A stretch of DNA of 64,000 nt from Blastocladiella emersonii ATCC 22665 (lineage: Eukaryota > Fungi > Blastocladiomycota). The position numbers were made by a program, and so were the translations under genes. Location: the NCBI GenBank assembly GCA_025594325.1, contig JANHCV010000017.1, positions 1 through 64,000 on the forward strand, given 5' to 3'. The notes under the pieces are model-generated. The model searched no databases. It was not told the DNA's origin and was given only the letters and a program-made list of their open reading frames with translations. Within the stretch, counting starts at the first letter, position 1. The number at the start of each line of letters is the position of its first letter. Below, piece after piece: positions 38,729 through 50,570 of this stretch.

Positions 38729-39898
38729 ATGGACGCATCCGAGCCCGCAGTGGCCGCAGCTGGCGCCGAGAGCGGCCGCACCGACGATGCCGAGGCGGCG
38801 CGCCCGCGGCCGGGCCCGTCGGCGCTCGTCGTGCTGAGCGGCTTCGACTCGGCCAAGGTAGGACCGCGCAGACCGGCCGCTGCGACGCTGCACACCACGA
38901 GCGGGACACTCACCACGGCGGCGGACGGTGCGGAACAGTAGGTCAAGGCGCTGATCGACGACTTTACGCTGGCCAACAAGGGCCGGACCGCCGAGAGCAA
39001 CCGCCGCGAGTTCCTGGCCCGGTCTGCGCCGCCCGCGCCCAGCCCCGCGCCCAGCCCCGCCCCGATCAAGCGGCGGCGCGTCGTGGACGATAGCGACAGC
39101 AGCGACGGCGGAGCGGAGAGCGGCGGCGAGGCCGGCAGCGCAGGCGGGAGCAAGAGCAAGCGGCAGCGGAGCAGCACCGCGGAAACGGACGGCGGCGAGC
39201 CCTCGACGTGCGCGCGCACCGAGATCGTGCCCATCAACCGCTCGACGCAGATGCGGCGCCAGGTCGTGTACAACCCGGACGACGCCCTGGCGCGGTCGAT
39301 CCTGGCCTGTGAGCACCGCGACCGCCCGCGCTGGGTGTTTGCCGCCTTCCCCGCCGCCTTCCACGAGCGCGTCGGGAACCTGTGGTCGCTGCTCAACGTG
39401 GACATGCGCTCGCTCACGCTGGCCAGCATCACGCTGTGCGAGGCGCTCGAGCTGCTGCACAGGCGCCTGCTCGAGATGGAGCACGGGTACCACGGCTGGC
39501 TCGTCCGCAACAAGCCGCGCTTGCGGCCCGAGCACCTCGGCCCGGGCCAAGTCGCCTCGCTCGTGTACCCGCCTGCCGACGCCTGCGCCGACCTCTTCAC
39601 CATCGCCTTCCAGTCCAACGGCCTGCCCACGGGCCTGTCGCGCGCCGTGTACGCCGCCGTCAAGCCCGTCCCCGGCCCGGCCTTCCACGGCGCCATCGTG
39701 CGCGCCCACTGCACGCGCGCCCTCAAGATGCTCGAGGACCGCCTCGCCCGCATCGAGCACCTCGCCCCGCTGTGGTTCGCCCTCAACTGCAAGTACCCGG
39801 GCCGCCCGCGCGCCCTGCCGCCCGCCCCGGTCGTCGCCGCCAACAAGATGGGCCCGCGGTGGGCCATCTCGACCGAGGGCGCGCCGCGCATCGGCTAG
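38729..39898 (+). CDS. Hypothetical two-exon protein with a globular C-terminal region
   Basis: MDASEP..FDSAK, a phase-0 intron at 38858-38941, then VKALIDDF.. in frame with ORF 39083-39898. Confidence 0.65.
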
Positions 39899-40377
39899 CT
39901 GGTCGGGAGCGCGCTGAATACATACGGTCGATGCTGTTCGGTTGATGGTCCAAGAGTCAAAGGGTGGGTCGGCGAAACGCGGCGGCCCGGGGCGGCCCCG
40001 TCGGCGCTCCCCCACTCGCACCTCTTGCACACATGCACTGCCGTCCGACGACGGCCACTTGATGAAACTTGACCGGCCACGCAACATGCACCGCTTCAGG
40101 GAGCAGGAGCTCGCCGACCCCTTCTCGCCGCGGCGCAACCTCGTGCGCACGCCGCCAAAGGTTGCGCGCACTGCCTCGGCCCGTCCCGTCCATTTCAGCA
40201 GACTGATGGAATCGCGCTCTCCGCGGATAGGCTCTGGACTCGTTGAGCCCGGCCAGCAACCGTGCACCACCGTTCCGGATCCCGGGCGGGAACGGCACGC
40301 CGGCCGTACGTGTACTCGCCGGCGCCCGACCGTGATGCAGCGAGGACTTGACGCTCACATCACAATCGCGTGCGTAG

Positions 40378-40856
40378 GTGATCGCAGCAGCAGCGTCAAG
40401 CGCGAGCAACGGCGTGGCCGAGAGCCGCAGCAAACCCGCCGCCGCCGCTGCCCCCGCTGCCCCCGCCGCCCCCGCCGCCCCCGCCGCCCCCGCCCCGCCG
40501 CCAGAGCCCGTCAGAACGCAGCAGCAGCAGCACCAGCAGCAACAGCGCGCAGCGGACGTGTTTGACCGGCTGCGCAGCTCGGTTGCGGCCGCCCCTCGCC
40601 CGGCCATTCCACCCGCCACACCGCAGGCCAGGCCCGCGGGTCCGCGGACGGGTCCTGCCGTCACGCCGGGCCGCCTCCCCGCGGGTCTCACGCCGTCGCG
40701 CATGCTCCGTACCCCGCAACGCGGGCCCATAGCAGCGCTCACGGCAGGTGGCCGTGCCCCGAACACGGCGACCAAGCGGCGCCGGCTCTCGGTGCACCCG
40801 AGCACGACGCTGACGACGCCACGGCGCAGTGAGCAGCAGCAGGTCTCGAGCGCCGC

Positions 40857-40887
<31 letters not shown>

Positions 40888-41157
40888 GCGGGAGCCTCTC
40901 CATCGTCGTCGGCAGCAGCGGGTGACGGCGCCGCGACAGGACCCGCGCCGCGCCCGCAGCCCCCGGGGCGCACGCTGCACCGCGGGCTGACCGATCTCGG
41001 CAAGGCGGTGTGGGTGGTCGGCCCGCCGGCGACGGCGCCGACGTGGCTCGAGGCCGAGGGCCGCGAGTCAATCCCGACCGTGGTCATCGACCTCGCGCCC
41101 GCCATGGACTTTCGGGGCTTCCTCGAACCCGCCTCGACGGCGGGCCGCCCATTTTGA
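40378..41157 (+). CDS. Hypothetical Ala/Pro-rich protein
   Basis: 259-aa ATG-started ORF with poly-Ala and poly-Gln runs. Confidence 0.4.
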
Positions 41158-41444
41158 CGCACCCCGCGGCGGCAGACCATCTTATACACGACTGTATCTC
41201 ACGCCACCCCCTCTGCTGCCCGGATTTTTGCTCCTCCAAACATACAAAGCGCGGACTTGCTCTCAGCGGCCGGGACATGCGCGCGTGGCGTCAGCTGACG
41301 GCGCGGGCGCCGGGCGAGCGACCCGCCATCAGCCCCCCTGCCGCCATGGCCGGCCGCTCCGCCGACCACGCACCGACCACGCACCGCGACGCACCGACGC
41401 CCGCCCCCGGCGCCCCCGCACTCCCCGCAACGCGCCGCTACGCC

Positions 41445-41666
41445 ATGACTGCCCCCTACAAGGACCCCTGGGCCCGCCGCGAGGCGTGGCGGTCGCACCC
41501 GATCTTCTCGCGGTCGGCCCAGCTGCGCGGCGCCTTCCCCGGCCTCGGCATCGCCACCGCCGCCTTCGCCACCTACTGCGTCGTCGAGCACTTCTTCTTC
41601 AAGGACGACCACCACGGCCACGGCCACGGCCACGGCCACGGCCACAAGGACGCTGCCCACCACTAG
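41445..41666 (+). CDS. NDUFB3: Complex I accessory subunit B12/NDUFB3 (73 aa)
   Basis: KDPWARREAWR..AFPGLGIATAAFATYCVVE, followed by a His/Gly tail. Confidence 0.9.
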   Translation: MTAPYKDPWARREAWRSHPIFSRSAQLRGAFPGLGIATAAFATYCVVEHFFFKDDHHGHGHGHGHGHKDAAHH

Positions 41667-41797
41667 GCCGCCTCGTCCCCGAGGTGCGTTCCCCTGCTGC
41701 TGCCGCCCGGCCCGCCGCGCCCCGCCTGCTGCTGACGGAAGTCTCGCCGTCCGTGCGTGCGTGCGGCCCTGTAGTCCGACCGTCCCGCCCGTGCTCG

Positions 41798-44430
41798 TCA
41801 TCCCCACCCTATTACGTCCCACCCTGAATATATTCGACACCGATCCTGCAGTACCTCGCTCTTCACGACCGGAACCGCGCGTGCAGCCCCGAATAGTACG
41901 CGACCATCTCGTCCGTCAGCGTCGGGTACCACGCGGCCGCCGCCGCGCTAAAGTGCGCGTGGCTAACGGCGCCCGCACCCTCGCGCAGCGACGCCAGCGC
42001 CGCCTCGCGGCAGATGGCCTCAATGTCGGCGCCCGTCGCCATGCCGAGCTACGTGCACATGCGCGCCGCATCCGGGGTTAGTCCGCGTGCCCATGTCGTC
42101 GTCGGATCGGGAGCCAGCGCAAGCGCATGAGGATCCGTACCTTGTCTGCCCACACCCCGAGGTCCACGTCCGACGCGAGCGGCATGCGGCGTGTGAACAC
42201 GCCGAGGATCGCTTGCCGCTCGTCGCGGGTCGGGGGTCGCACGTACACGGCGCGGTCCAGCCGCCCAGCGCGCACGAGCGCCGCGTCGAGCCGGTCCGGG
42301 TGGTTGGTGGCCGCCACCACGAGCACGGGCCGGTGGTCGTGCGACTCGATCCCGTCCATCTCGGCCAGCAGCGTCAGCAGCACCCGCTGCTTGACCTCGT
42401 CGCCGCCGCCGCCCACGGCGCGGTCGCCCACCAGCGCGTCAATCTCGTCCAGAAACAGCACCGAAGGCTCCGTCTGCCGTGCCCGGTGGAACGCCGCGCG
42501 CACAATCCGCTCCGCCTCGCCCACCAGCGCAGAGTACACGTCCGCCGGCGCCAGCGTGTAGAAGGAGCTCCGCAGCTCCGACGCCAGCACCCGCACGAGC
42601 GTCGTCTTGGAGCACCCCGGTGGCCCGTACAGGAGGAGCCCGCGCGGCGCGCGCAGCCCGAGCCGCGCAAACTGCGCACCACGTTCAAGTGGCCACACCA
42701 CGGCTTGGATGAGTTTCTACCGGACACAGGGAGAGGGCAGCGTCAACCACGCGCACCAAGAGGGGAGGGAATGAGTGGAACGGCCAGGCAGCGAGCGCAC
42801 CTCCTTGACATCGGCCAGACCGCCAATGTCGGCCCAGGTCGATGCACCGGACCCGCCCGCGAGCGCGACCTGGTGCCCGCGCCGTAGACTCGGCGGGACC
42901 CGCTGCATGGCGAGAACGAGATCCGCGACCGTGACCTCGGTCCCCTCGCCCGCGCTGAGCCGGGCCTTGCACGCCTCGCGCACCAGGGCAGCGAGGTCGG
43001 CGCCGACGTAGCCGGGGAGGCACTCGGCGAGCGTCCAAAGGTACGCCCTGGCCTCGCGCGCGAGCGGGATCGTCTCCGTCAGCCGCTCGAGGACCGCGAG
43101 CCGGACGCTGGCGGGCGGCGGCATCATAGCAACCTCGCGGTCGAGCCGGCCGGGGCGCCGCACCGCGGGGTCGACCGCGTTGGGTCGGTTCGTTGCTCCG
43201 ACCACCACCAGCTGCGCGCGCGACTCGGCGCCCCGTGCGCCATCCAGCAGCGTCAGCAGCTGCGCCACTACGCGCGCCGTCGTCGTGCTCCCCGCCCGGT
43301 CGCGCGCGGGCGCTAGCGCGTCAATCTCGTCGAGGAACAAGACTGCAGGCGACCCCGCAGCCGCGGCCGCGGCCCGCGCACCCGCAAACGCGTCGCGCAG
43401 GTTGCGCTCGGTCTCGCCCGGGTACGCGCTCAGCACGTCCGCCGCGTTGACGACGTGCAGCGGCGCGCCGCACGCCGCGGCGACCCGCGAAACGGCCCAA
43501 GTCTTGCCGACGCCCGGCGGGCCGCTCAGAAGCAGGCCGCGCGGCGGCACGGTGCCGAGCTGCGCGTACAGCGCGGCGTGGACCGTCGGGCCCGCGACCA
43601 GCTCGAACAGCTGGTTGTAGACGGACTCGAGGCCGGCGGGAGGCGTAAAGGCAGGGGCGGGTGGTGCGGAATCACTCAGCGCGGGTAGAGACTCGGGCAA
43701 AGGCGGGTTGGAAGGCTGAGCGACGGACACGGTGGTGCTGGGCACGACAATGCCGTACACCTGGCCCAGGTTGTCAGAGACGGTGTCATGAACCTACATT
43801 GCAACGTAGTGAGCGGGCGGTACACGTCTAACAGAAGCCATGCTGCCATCCAACGTGATACACGGATTCGTCCGTCTCGACGCGGAATCCCGCCGCCAGC
43901 ACGCGACCCACGAGTTCTCGTGCGAGGATTGGCGTGACGGTCTTGCAGCCCTCGACAACGGAGCCCGCCAACTTGGTCGAAGCGAGCGAAACCGTCACGG
44001 ATCGCAGCGGGACCGGCTGAATCGCGGTCACGGACGCCGAGGCCACAGCGGGCTGCATCAGCTCGACCGTTTCCGTGACAGACGGATCGCGCCGGCGGTA
44101 CACGCGCGAGCCCTGGACGGTACCGTACGAGGCCGAGAGGGACGGCGCGATGGAGGCGCGAGTAATGACTTGTGCGAGTCCTGCCTACGAGTCGCAGGGC
44201 TCAGCAGGGCAACGCCTTAATGTACAGTCTAACGTGACGGATCGAACCTCGGTGCTCAGATGGAGGACGACCCAGTCGCCGCGCTTCAGGCCGAGCGCTG
44301 CGGCGGCGGCACGCGGCAGAGCGCAGCGGTCGGGAACGTCGCTGGCGCTGCCGCCCGGCAGAAGCTCGACAACGAGCCCAGCTGCCCCGCCATCCCGGCC
44401 ATCATCAATCTGCATGCGTTGATTCGTCAT
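41798..44430 (-). CDS. AFG2B: Type II AAA+ ATPase, AFG2B/SPATA5L1-like (multi-exon)
   Basis: D1 GPPGVGKT..PGETERNLR..LFLDEID..RVVAQLLTLLDG..ATNRP..RRPGR. D2 IGGL..GPPGCSKTTLVR..LFLDEID..RAGRLD. Lid TGADIEAICREAA. Confidence 0.8.
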
Positions 44431-44586
44431 TCTAGTTGCATGGAGTGTGGGCGCGGGCGTGGGTTGGTCGCCGGGGTGGGTCGCGCTCAGACCGCCAGAG
44501 GTCGGTCGGTCGGCGCCAACCCTGCCCTGCCCAAATCCCCACGACCGAGGCTTACATGAAGTGAGGGGACATGGCGTGTATGGAGA

Positions 44587-47500
44587 TCAGGCGCGATCGC
44601 CATCACCGTTGTCCTTGCTGCCCGAGAGGTACAGGTCGCGGAAGAAGGTGTTGCCCTTGGGCGCCGCGGCGCTGCTGTCCGTCGTAGTCGCGGCCGATGG
44701 CTTGGGTGCGGCGGCGACGACGACGCGGCGCTTGGGCTTGGCCTTGGCGTGCGCTGGGACAGGCACTGCCGTCGCCGCGGAGGGAGCGGCGGGGACCGGG
44801 ACTGCCGCTGAGCCCGTCGCCGTCGCCGCCTTCGTGACCGCGGATCCGCTGCCGGGCGGCCGCTTGACCTCGGCGTGCAGCCGGTACCCGCCAACCTCGC
44901 GCCCGTTGAGCGCCAGCGCCGCCGCCGCCGCCGCGTGCCGGTCGCTGCCGAACGTCAGGATCCGCGACCCGTCGTCGCGCACAAACACGCTCGTCAGCTC
45001 GCCCTCGACGTACCGCGACCAGTCGACCGGGTCCGCCGCCGCCTTGGCCTCGCTGCCGTCCGCGCCCACCGCCGCCGGCACGGGGAGCCCGCGCACAAAC
45101 ACCTTGCACGCCGCCCGCGCCGCCGCCTTGTCCGCCTCGGCCCGCGCGTCGCGGTGCTTGGCCACCGCCGCCGCCCGCAGCGTCCGCTCCGCCTCGCGGT
45201 CCGCGCGCGCGTGCTGGTCCGCCCGGATCCGCGCCGCCTGGTGCTCCCCCGCCGCGCCGCCGGCCCGCGTCGCACGCGCCACCGACACGCTGAGCGGGCG
45301 GCCCTCAAACGCGTGCTTGTCGAGGCTCGCCACGGCCGCTGCCGCCGCAGACTCGTCGGCGAACGTCACGAACGCAATCCCGCGCGGCTTGCCCGCCGGG
45401 TCGCGCGGCAGCCGCAGGTCCGTGACCGTGCCGTGCTGCGCAAACAGCGCGCGGACCGCCGCCTCGGTCGCCGAGAAGGCCAGGTTCGCCACGAACAGGA
45501 CCCGCGGGTCGTAGTCGCGCACCCGCGTGCCCGCCACGACGGGGACCGCGGGCTCGGCGCTGTTCGGACCGCTGCTGGCATCGCTGCTACTCTGCGTGGG
45601 GTGGCCTGCGACGGCGGCAGCCGCTTGCGCGAGAGGGGACGCCGTGCTGCGGGTAGCGCTCGGGCCCTCGGACTTGCGCTTGGCGGGATCCGACAGCGCA
45701 ACCGACATGGCGCGCCCACCCTCGCCCAGCACCGTCCCGTCAAGGGCCGCCACGGCGGCGCGCGCGGCGTCGCTCGTCGCCATCTCGACGTACCCGAACC
45801 CCTTGGACTCGCCAAACTTGGTCCGCATCAGCCGCACGTCCACCACCACTGCCTCGTCACCGTCACCCGCGCCGCCCGTGGTACTCGCAAACGCGGCGCG
45901 CACCTCGTCCTCGGTCACCCGCTTGCCGAGGTTGGCGACAAACAGCGTACGGCGGTCGGCGTCGGCCGCCGCAAACACGGCGTGCTTGACCTCCTTCTCG
46001 GCCGCGATCCGCGCCACGGCCGCCTCCTTTTCGGCCCGCAGCACCGCCAGCGGGTCGAACTGCGCGCCCACCGCCATCTCGAGCTGCAGCGGGCGGTCGC
46101 CGCTCCCGGCCAGCCGCAGGCTGTGGCGGAACCGGAACACCTCGACCAGCGACTCTTGCTGGCGGAACAGGATGAACGCCTGCGTCTGCTCCCCGCCGCT
46201 GCTGCTGCCGCTGCCGCTGCCGTCCGCGGGCGGGGAGGACGAGGCGGCGGTGGGCGGGAACCGGATCTCCTGGATCGCGCCGAGGGGTTCGAGCAGTAGC
46301 CGCAGCGCGCCCTCGTTGGCGGGTACGACGTGCTTGACGACGAGCGTGCGATCGAGCTTGGCCTGCCGCGCCGCCGCATCGGGGGCATCCACCGACCGCG
46401 GCTTCTTGGCGGCATGCTCGCGCGAGGCTGCGTCACCCTCGCCCTCGCCCTCGTCGGCGGCCCGCTTGCGCTTGGCCTTGGTCTTGGTCTCGGACTGCAC
46501 GGCAACCGCCTCCTCACCGGCCGGTGACGAGCCGGCGGCGGTACTCGCGGCACCAGCGGTAGCGGATGCGTAGTAGTCGCTGTAGTACTGGTCCATGACC
46601 TCGAGCTGCGAGTGCAGCGTCTCGACCTGGCGCAGCGACCCGTCGACGAGCTCCCACTCGCGCCACGCGGCGAGGACGGCGCGCGGATCGTCGGTCACGG
46701 CCGCCTGCGCCGACTCGAAGACGGACCGGATGCGGTGCTGCGCGATATCGTTCGACTCGGCAGCCTGCGCAATGAGGGCGCGGGCGATGCGGAGCCACGG
46801 TGCGGCTACTGCGCACGGGGCGTCGCGGAGCCGCTGGATGGCCGCGTCGACCGCGTCCGCCACTGCGCCTGCTGAAGCAGAGCCGGAGGTGGCAAGGAGC
46901 GCCTCGACGATGGCAGGCTCGAGCGAAAAGTCGGAGCTCGGGACGTCGCCGAACCGCTCGCTGCGCGCGGCCACAAGTGTCATCACACGGTCGGCGAGAC
47001 TAGCACTCGACGGCGCCGTGCTACCAGCGCGGTAACAGCGGCGCAGGCACAGGATCGCCTCGACGAGGATGCGGTCGGCCGCCTCGACCGACTTTGCCAC
47101 GTCGACCGCCCGCTGCGCCTCGGCGACCACGTCGGCAGGGTCGTCGAGAGCGCGCAGCAGGTGCATGCCGATCTCGCGCGCCGTGGGGCACGCGGCGACG
47201 GCACGGCGCAGCACGCAGTGGACGGTAGCGGGGTCGAGCGGCGGGTCGGCGACCTTGGCCCAGTGCGCGTACGTCGCCCACAGGCACGTGCGCGACGACG
47301 GCGTGGGGGCGAGCTCCGCGACGGCGCGCTCGAGGAACCCAGCCACGGCGCGCTGCGGGAGCACGGCTGAGACGGCGCGCAGGTACATGTGGACGGTGCC
47401 CGTGGTGTCGTCGCCCGCTGCAACGGCGGCTGCGAGGGGCGCCTCGTACGCCGTCTGCCACTCGGCGGCGTACGCGAGCGCCTCCTGGAACCGGGCGTTG

Positions 47501-48369
47501 GCCGCGGCGAGGTGGGACTCGAAGGAGTGCGCGGTATCTTCGGAGCGCGCGGCGACCTGCGACTCGAAGCGCGTGTACTCGGTCATGGTGTCGTTGAGGT
47601 CTACGTACACGGTTGCGAGAGCGCGGTGGGGTCAGCACATCTGCTGGGTCATGAACCGTGTTGGAGCACGCACGCGGGCCAGGAATCCACAGGCGGTCAT
47701 GGTACAGCTGGCGGATGGTCTCGTCCGACGCCCTAGCAGAGGTATCGAGTGAGCGAGCGCCCTGTGACAGCCACGACGGCGGATCACGCCACGCACCCGC
47801 TCCTGCGCGTCAGGTGCAGCAGAATCGCCCACAGCTCGTGGCCGCGCGTGAAGTGCGCCTGGTGCATGTCGGCGGCGCGCGCGACGGCGGCGAGGCAGGC
47901 GCCGGGCCACGCGAGCGGCGGGCGCACGTCGTCGGCCGACTCGGGCGCCTCGGCGAGCACCTCGAGGTAGTCGTCGACGCAGGTGGCGAGGAAGGTGCAG
48001 TACCGGATCCACACGTCAAAGGCTACGCGCGGCGTCGCGGTGTCGGTCAGTGTCGGCGCGCGCGTACGCCGTGCGGGAGAACACCGGCGACAACGTACAC
48101 GGGCAGAGCTCGACGGCGCGCGCAAACAGCGCGGCGAGGACGGGCGGCGGCGTGTCGAGGCGCGCCTCGTCGTCGAGCCAGCGGGTCCACTGGTCTTTGG
48201 ACGGGTACACGCGGGGGACGGCGGGTCAGCGCGTCGTCGTGGCCGCCGTGGCCGTGTGCGTCAGCGCCGTCGCACCGCTGGTCAGCACCGGGATCCGCGA
48301 CGGGTCGGCGCGCAGCTCCTCGCGCCGCGCCTGCGGCATGTCCATGGGCTCCATTGCAGCAGGTTCCAT
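44587..48369 (-). CDS. SART3: HAT-repeat plus multi-RRM U4/U6 recycling factor (SART3/Prp24)
   Basis: N-terminal HAT-like exons (YPSKDQWTRWL, DVWIRYC, HELW). RRMs TLFVANL/KGFGYVEM and VLFVANL/RGIAFVTF. C-terminal KGNTFFRDLYL LSm-interaction-like motif. Confidence 0.85.
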
Positions 48370-48786
48370 CGTCGTCGTCGGCGACGCGTCGTTGGTGGCG
48401 GTGAGACACGCGAGAGGGGATGCCGACTCACGCGCCGCCGGGCGCCACGCTGCACGCGCACGCCGTCGCACTCGCCACTCGCACTTCGCGGCCGCCGCCG
48501 TGAGCACGCACGCGTCCACGACGGCGACGACAACGCGTCCGGCACGACCCGCGGCGGCTCCCCCCGCACCGCTTGTCTGATCCACGGCTTATCTTGCGCC
48601 ATCATCCACTTCCGCGGCCCTCGCGCTCGTTCGTGGTGGCGGCGGCGGCGAACAGGCGGCCTCGGAAATAGGACTCTGCCGCGGCGGCGGCACACGAGCG
48701 AGCGCCAGGGTACAAAAGCGCGCCGCCGCCGCCCTCGTCCTCCTCGTCTCTCCCTCATCGCAACAACCGCACTGCGCTGCACTCGA

Positions 48787-49236
48787 ATGAACATGACGAC
48801 CACCGCATCCACCACCACCGGGACCGCCCAGTGGCCGCACCCCATCACCAGCTACGACGTGCACATCTACTGGCTGCCCAGCAGCAAGGCCCAGCGCGCC
48901 GAGGCCATGGCGCTCAAGGACACGGCCGCGGCGCTCTTCCCGCAGCTGTGGCACGGCAAGATGTGGGACCGCCCCGTCGGCCCGCACCCGTACTCCATGT
49001 TCGAGATCGACATCCACAACTGCGCCGACTTTGCCGCCTTTGTGCCGTGGCTCGCCCTCCACCACGGCAGCCTGTCGGTCCTGATCCACCCGCAGACGGG
49101 CGACGACGTGGCCGACCACACCAAGCACGCCCTGTGGCTCGGCCAGCCCGTGCCGCTCGACATTGGCCTGCTCGCCGAGTTCCAGCAGAAGCAGCAGGCT
49201 GCCGCTACTACCGAGGCCGGTGCTGCTTCGTCCTGA
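48787..49236 (+). CDS. DOPA 4,5-dioxygenase family protein
   Basis: SYDVHIYW, RPVGPHPYSMFE, FVPWLALHHGSLSVLIHPQTG..DHT..ALWLG. Confidence 0.88.
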   Translation: MNMTTTASTTTGTAQWPHPITSYDVHIYWLPSSKAQRAEAMALKDTAAALFPQLWHGKMWDRPVGPHPYSMFEIDIHNCADFAAFVPWLALHHGSLSVLIHPQTGDDVADHTKHALWLGQPVPLDIGLLAEFQQKQQAAATTEAGAASS

Positions 49237-49332
49237 GCCGCCGGGCCGAGGATCCGACGAGCCGCTGACGGGCAGAGCATAGACGCATGGTCGCCGTGTA
49301 CATACATATATATCCCTCATCTTCATGTCCCT

Positions 49333-50330
49333 CTAGTCCCCGAGCAGCTCTATGGCGTGCACGGCCTCGAGCCAAAAGTCTTCACACGCGAGGTCGGCCG
49401 TCGCCACGAGCGCCGCGAACACGCTGCCCGCAAGCTCGATGGGCAGGCCGCGGTACAGCGCCGCGAGCATGCGCCGCCAGAGCGAGGCTGTGGGCGGGCC
49501 GCCCTCCTCGCGGACTAGCGTCGCCAGGCACGCAGCGATCTCCTCTGGGTACGCAGTGCCGCGTGTAAGGACCACGTACCTCGTGTCGTCTGCCGCCGCC
49601 CGCGAATCGAGTGCGAGCCGTACGGCAGCCGTGTTCAGCGGGACCGCGACCGCGCGCACGGCAACCTCCACGGCGAGCGCGAGGCCAAAGTAGCCCGCAA
49701 GCGAGCGAGTGCCGAGGCTGCCGTCGCGCGCTACAACGAGCGGCTTGAGCATGGCGCGAATGGCCGCGAGGACGGCGGGCGCGGCAAACTGCGCAGCCAG
49801 CGGAATGAGGAGCGGGCCGTGGGCGCGCGCGTAGGGTCGTTCGGCGCGGACGTGCTCCGCTGCCGTCGCGATCAGTCCCTTGGGCGGCCGCGCGGACAGG
49901 ATCCGGCGTGTGCTTGCGACGGCGAGCGGGGCGAACACGAGCGTGTGGACCGCACCGTTCACTGCAGCGGCGGCGACCGCGACCACGGCGCCGGTCCGCG
50001 TGTGGGGTGGCGGTGCAGCAGCACGGCCGTGACGGGTACGAAAAGCGAGGCGGTCGCCAGCTGGGCGACCGATCCGGGCAGCGAGCGGTACAGTCCGCGC
50101 ACGCCGAACCGGGCGTACATGCCGCGCAGCGTCGCAACGAAGCCGGCGCCCGTTGCTAAGCGCCCGTCGCGCTTGCTTGTAACGGCCCACGTCCGGTGCT
50201 CGGCGCGCATCAGCGTCAGGACCGTCTCGACGGGCGCCGTCACCGCCAACAGGAGGGGTGTGGCGGTCAGGACGGCAGCGCCAATGATTACTACGAGCTG
50301 CCGCGCAGTGTCTGGTTCCACAAGTTCCAT
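49333..50330 (-). CDS. Divergent mitochondrial-carrier-like membrane protein (2 exons)
   Basis: Three degenerate carrier repeats (PVETVLT, PLAVASTR, PLNTAAVR) with GVRGLYRS and AALYRGL. Confidence 0.55.
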
Positions 50331-50570
50331 GAGCTTTCGTCGTCGTCCATTCTTCCTTAGAAGGGAGGGAGGGAGGGAGGGAGGGAAAGTTCCGCGCTCG
50401 GGGGGCCCAAGAGGGCGCTTGCAAGCAGGTGCTCAGCCGCTCCGGTGATGCAGCAGTCAGCTGATGTGGGACGCGTCCCGCGTTGCGCCACACCTCCACG
50501 GATCGCAACGTTCTCCTCCCTGTTCACACGCCGTCTGCGGGACATCCCAATTTAACCTTATGCAACTGCA

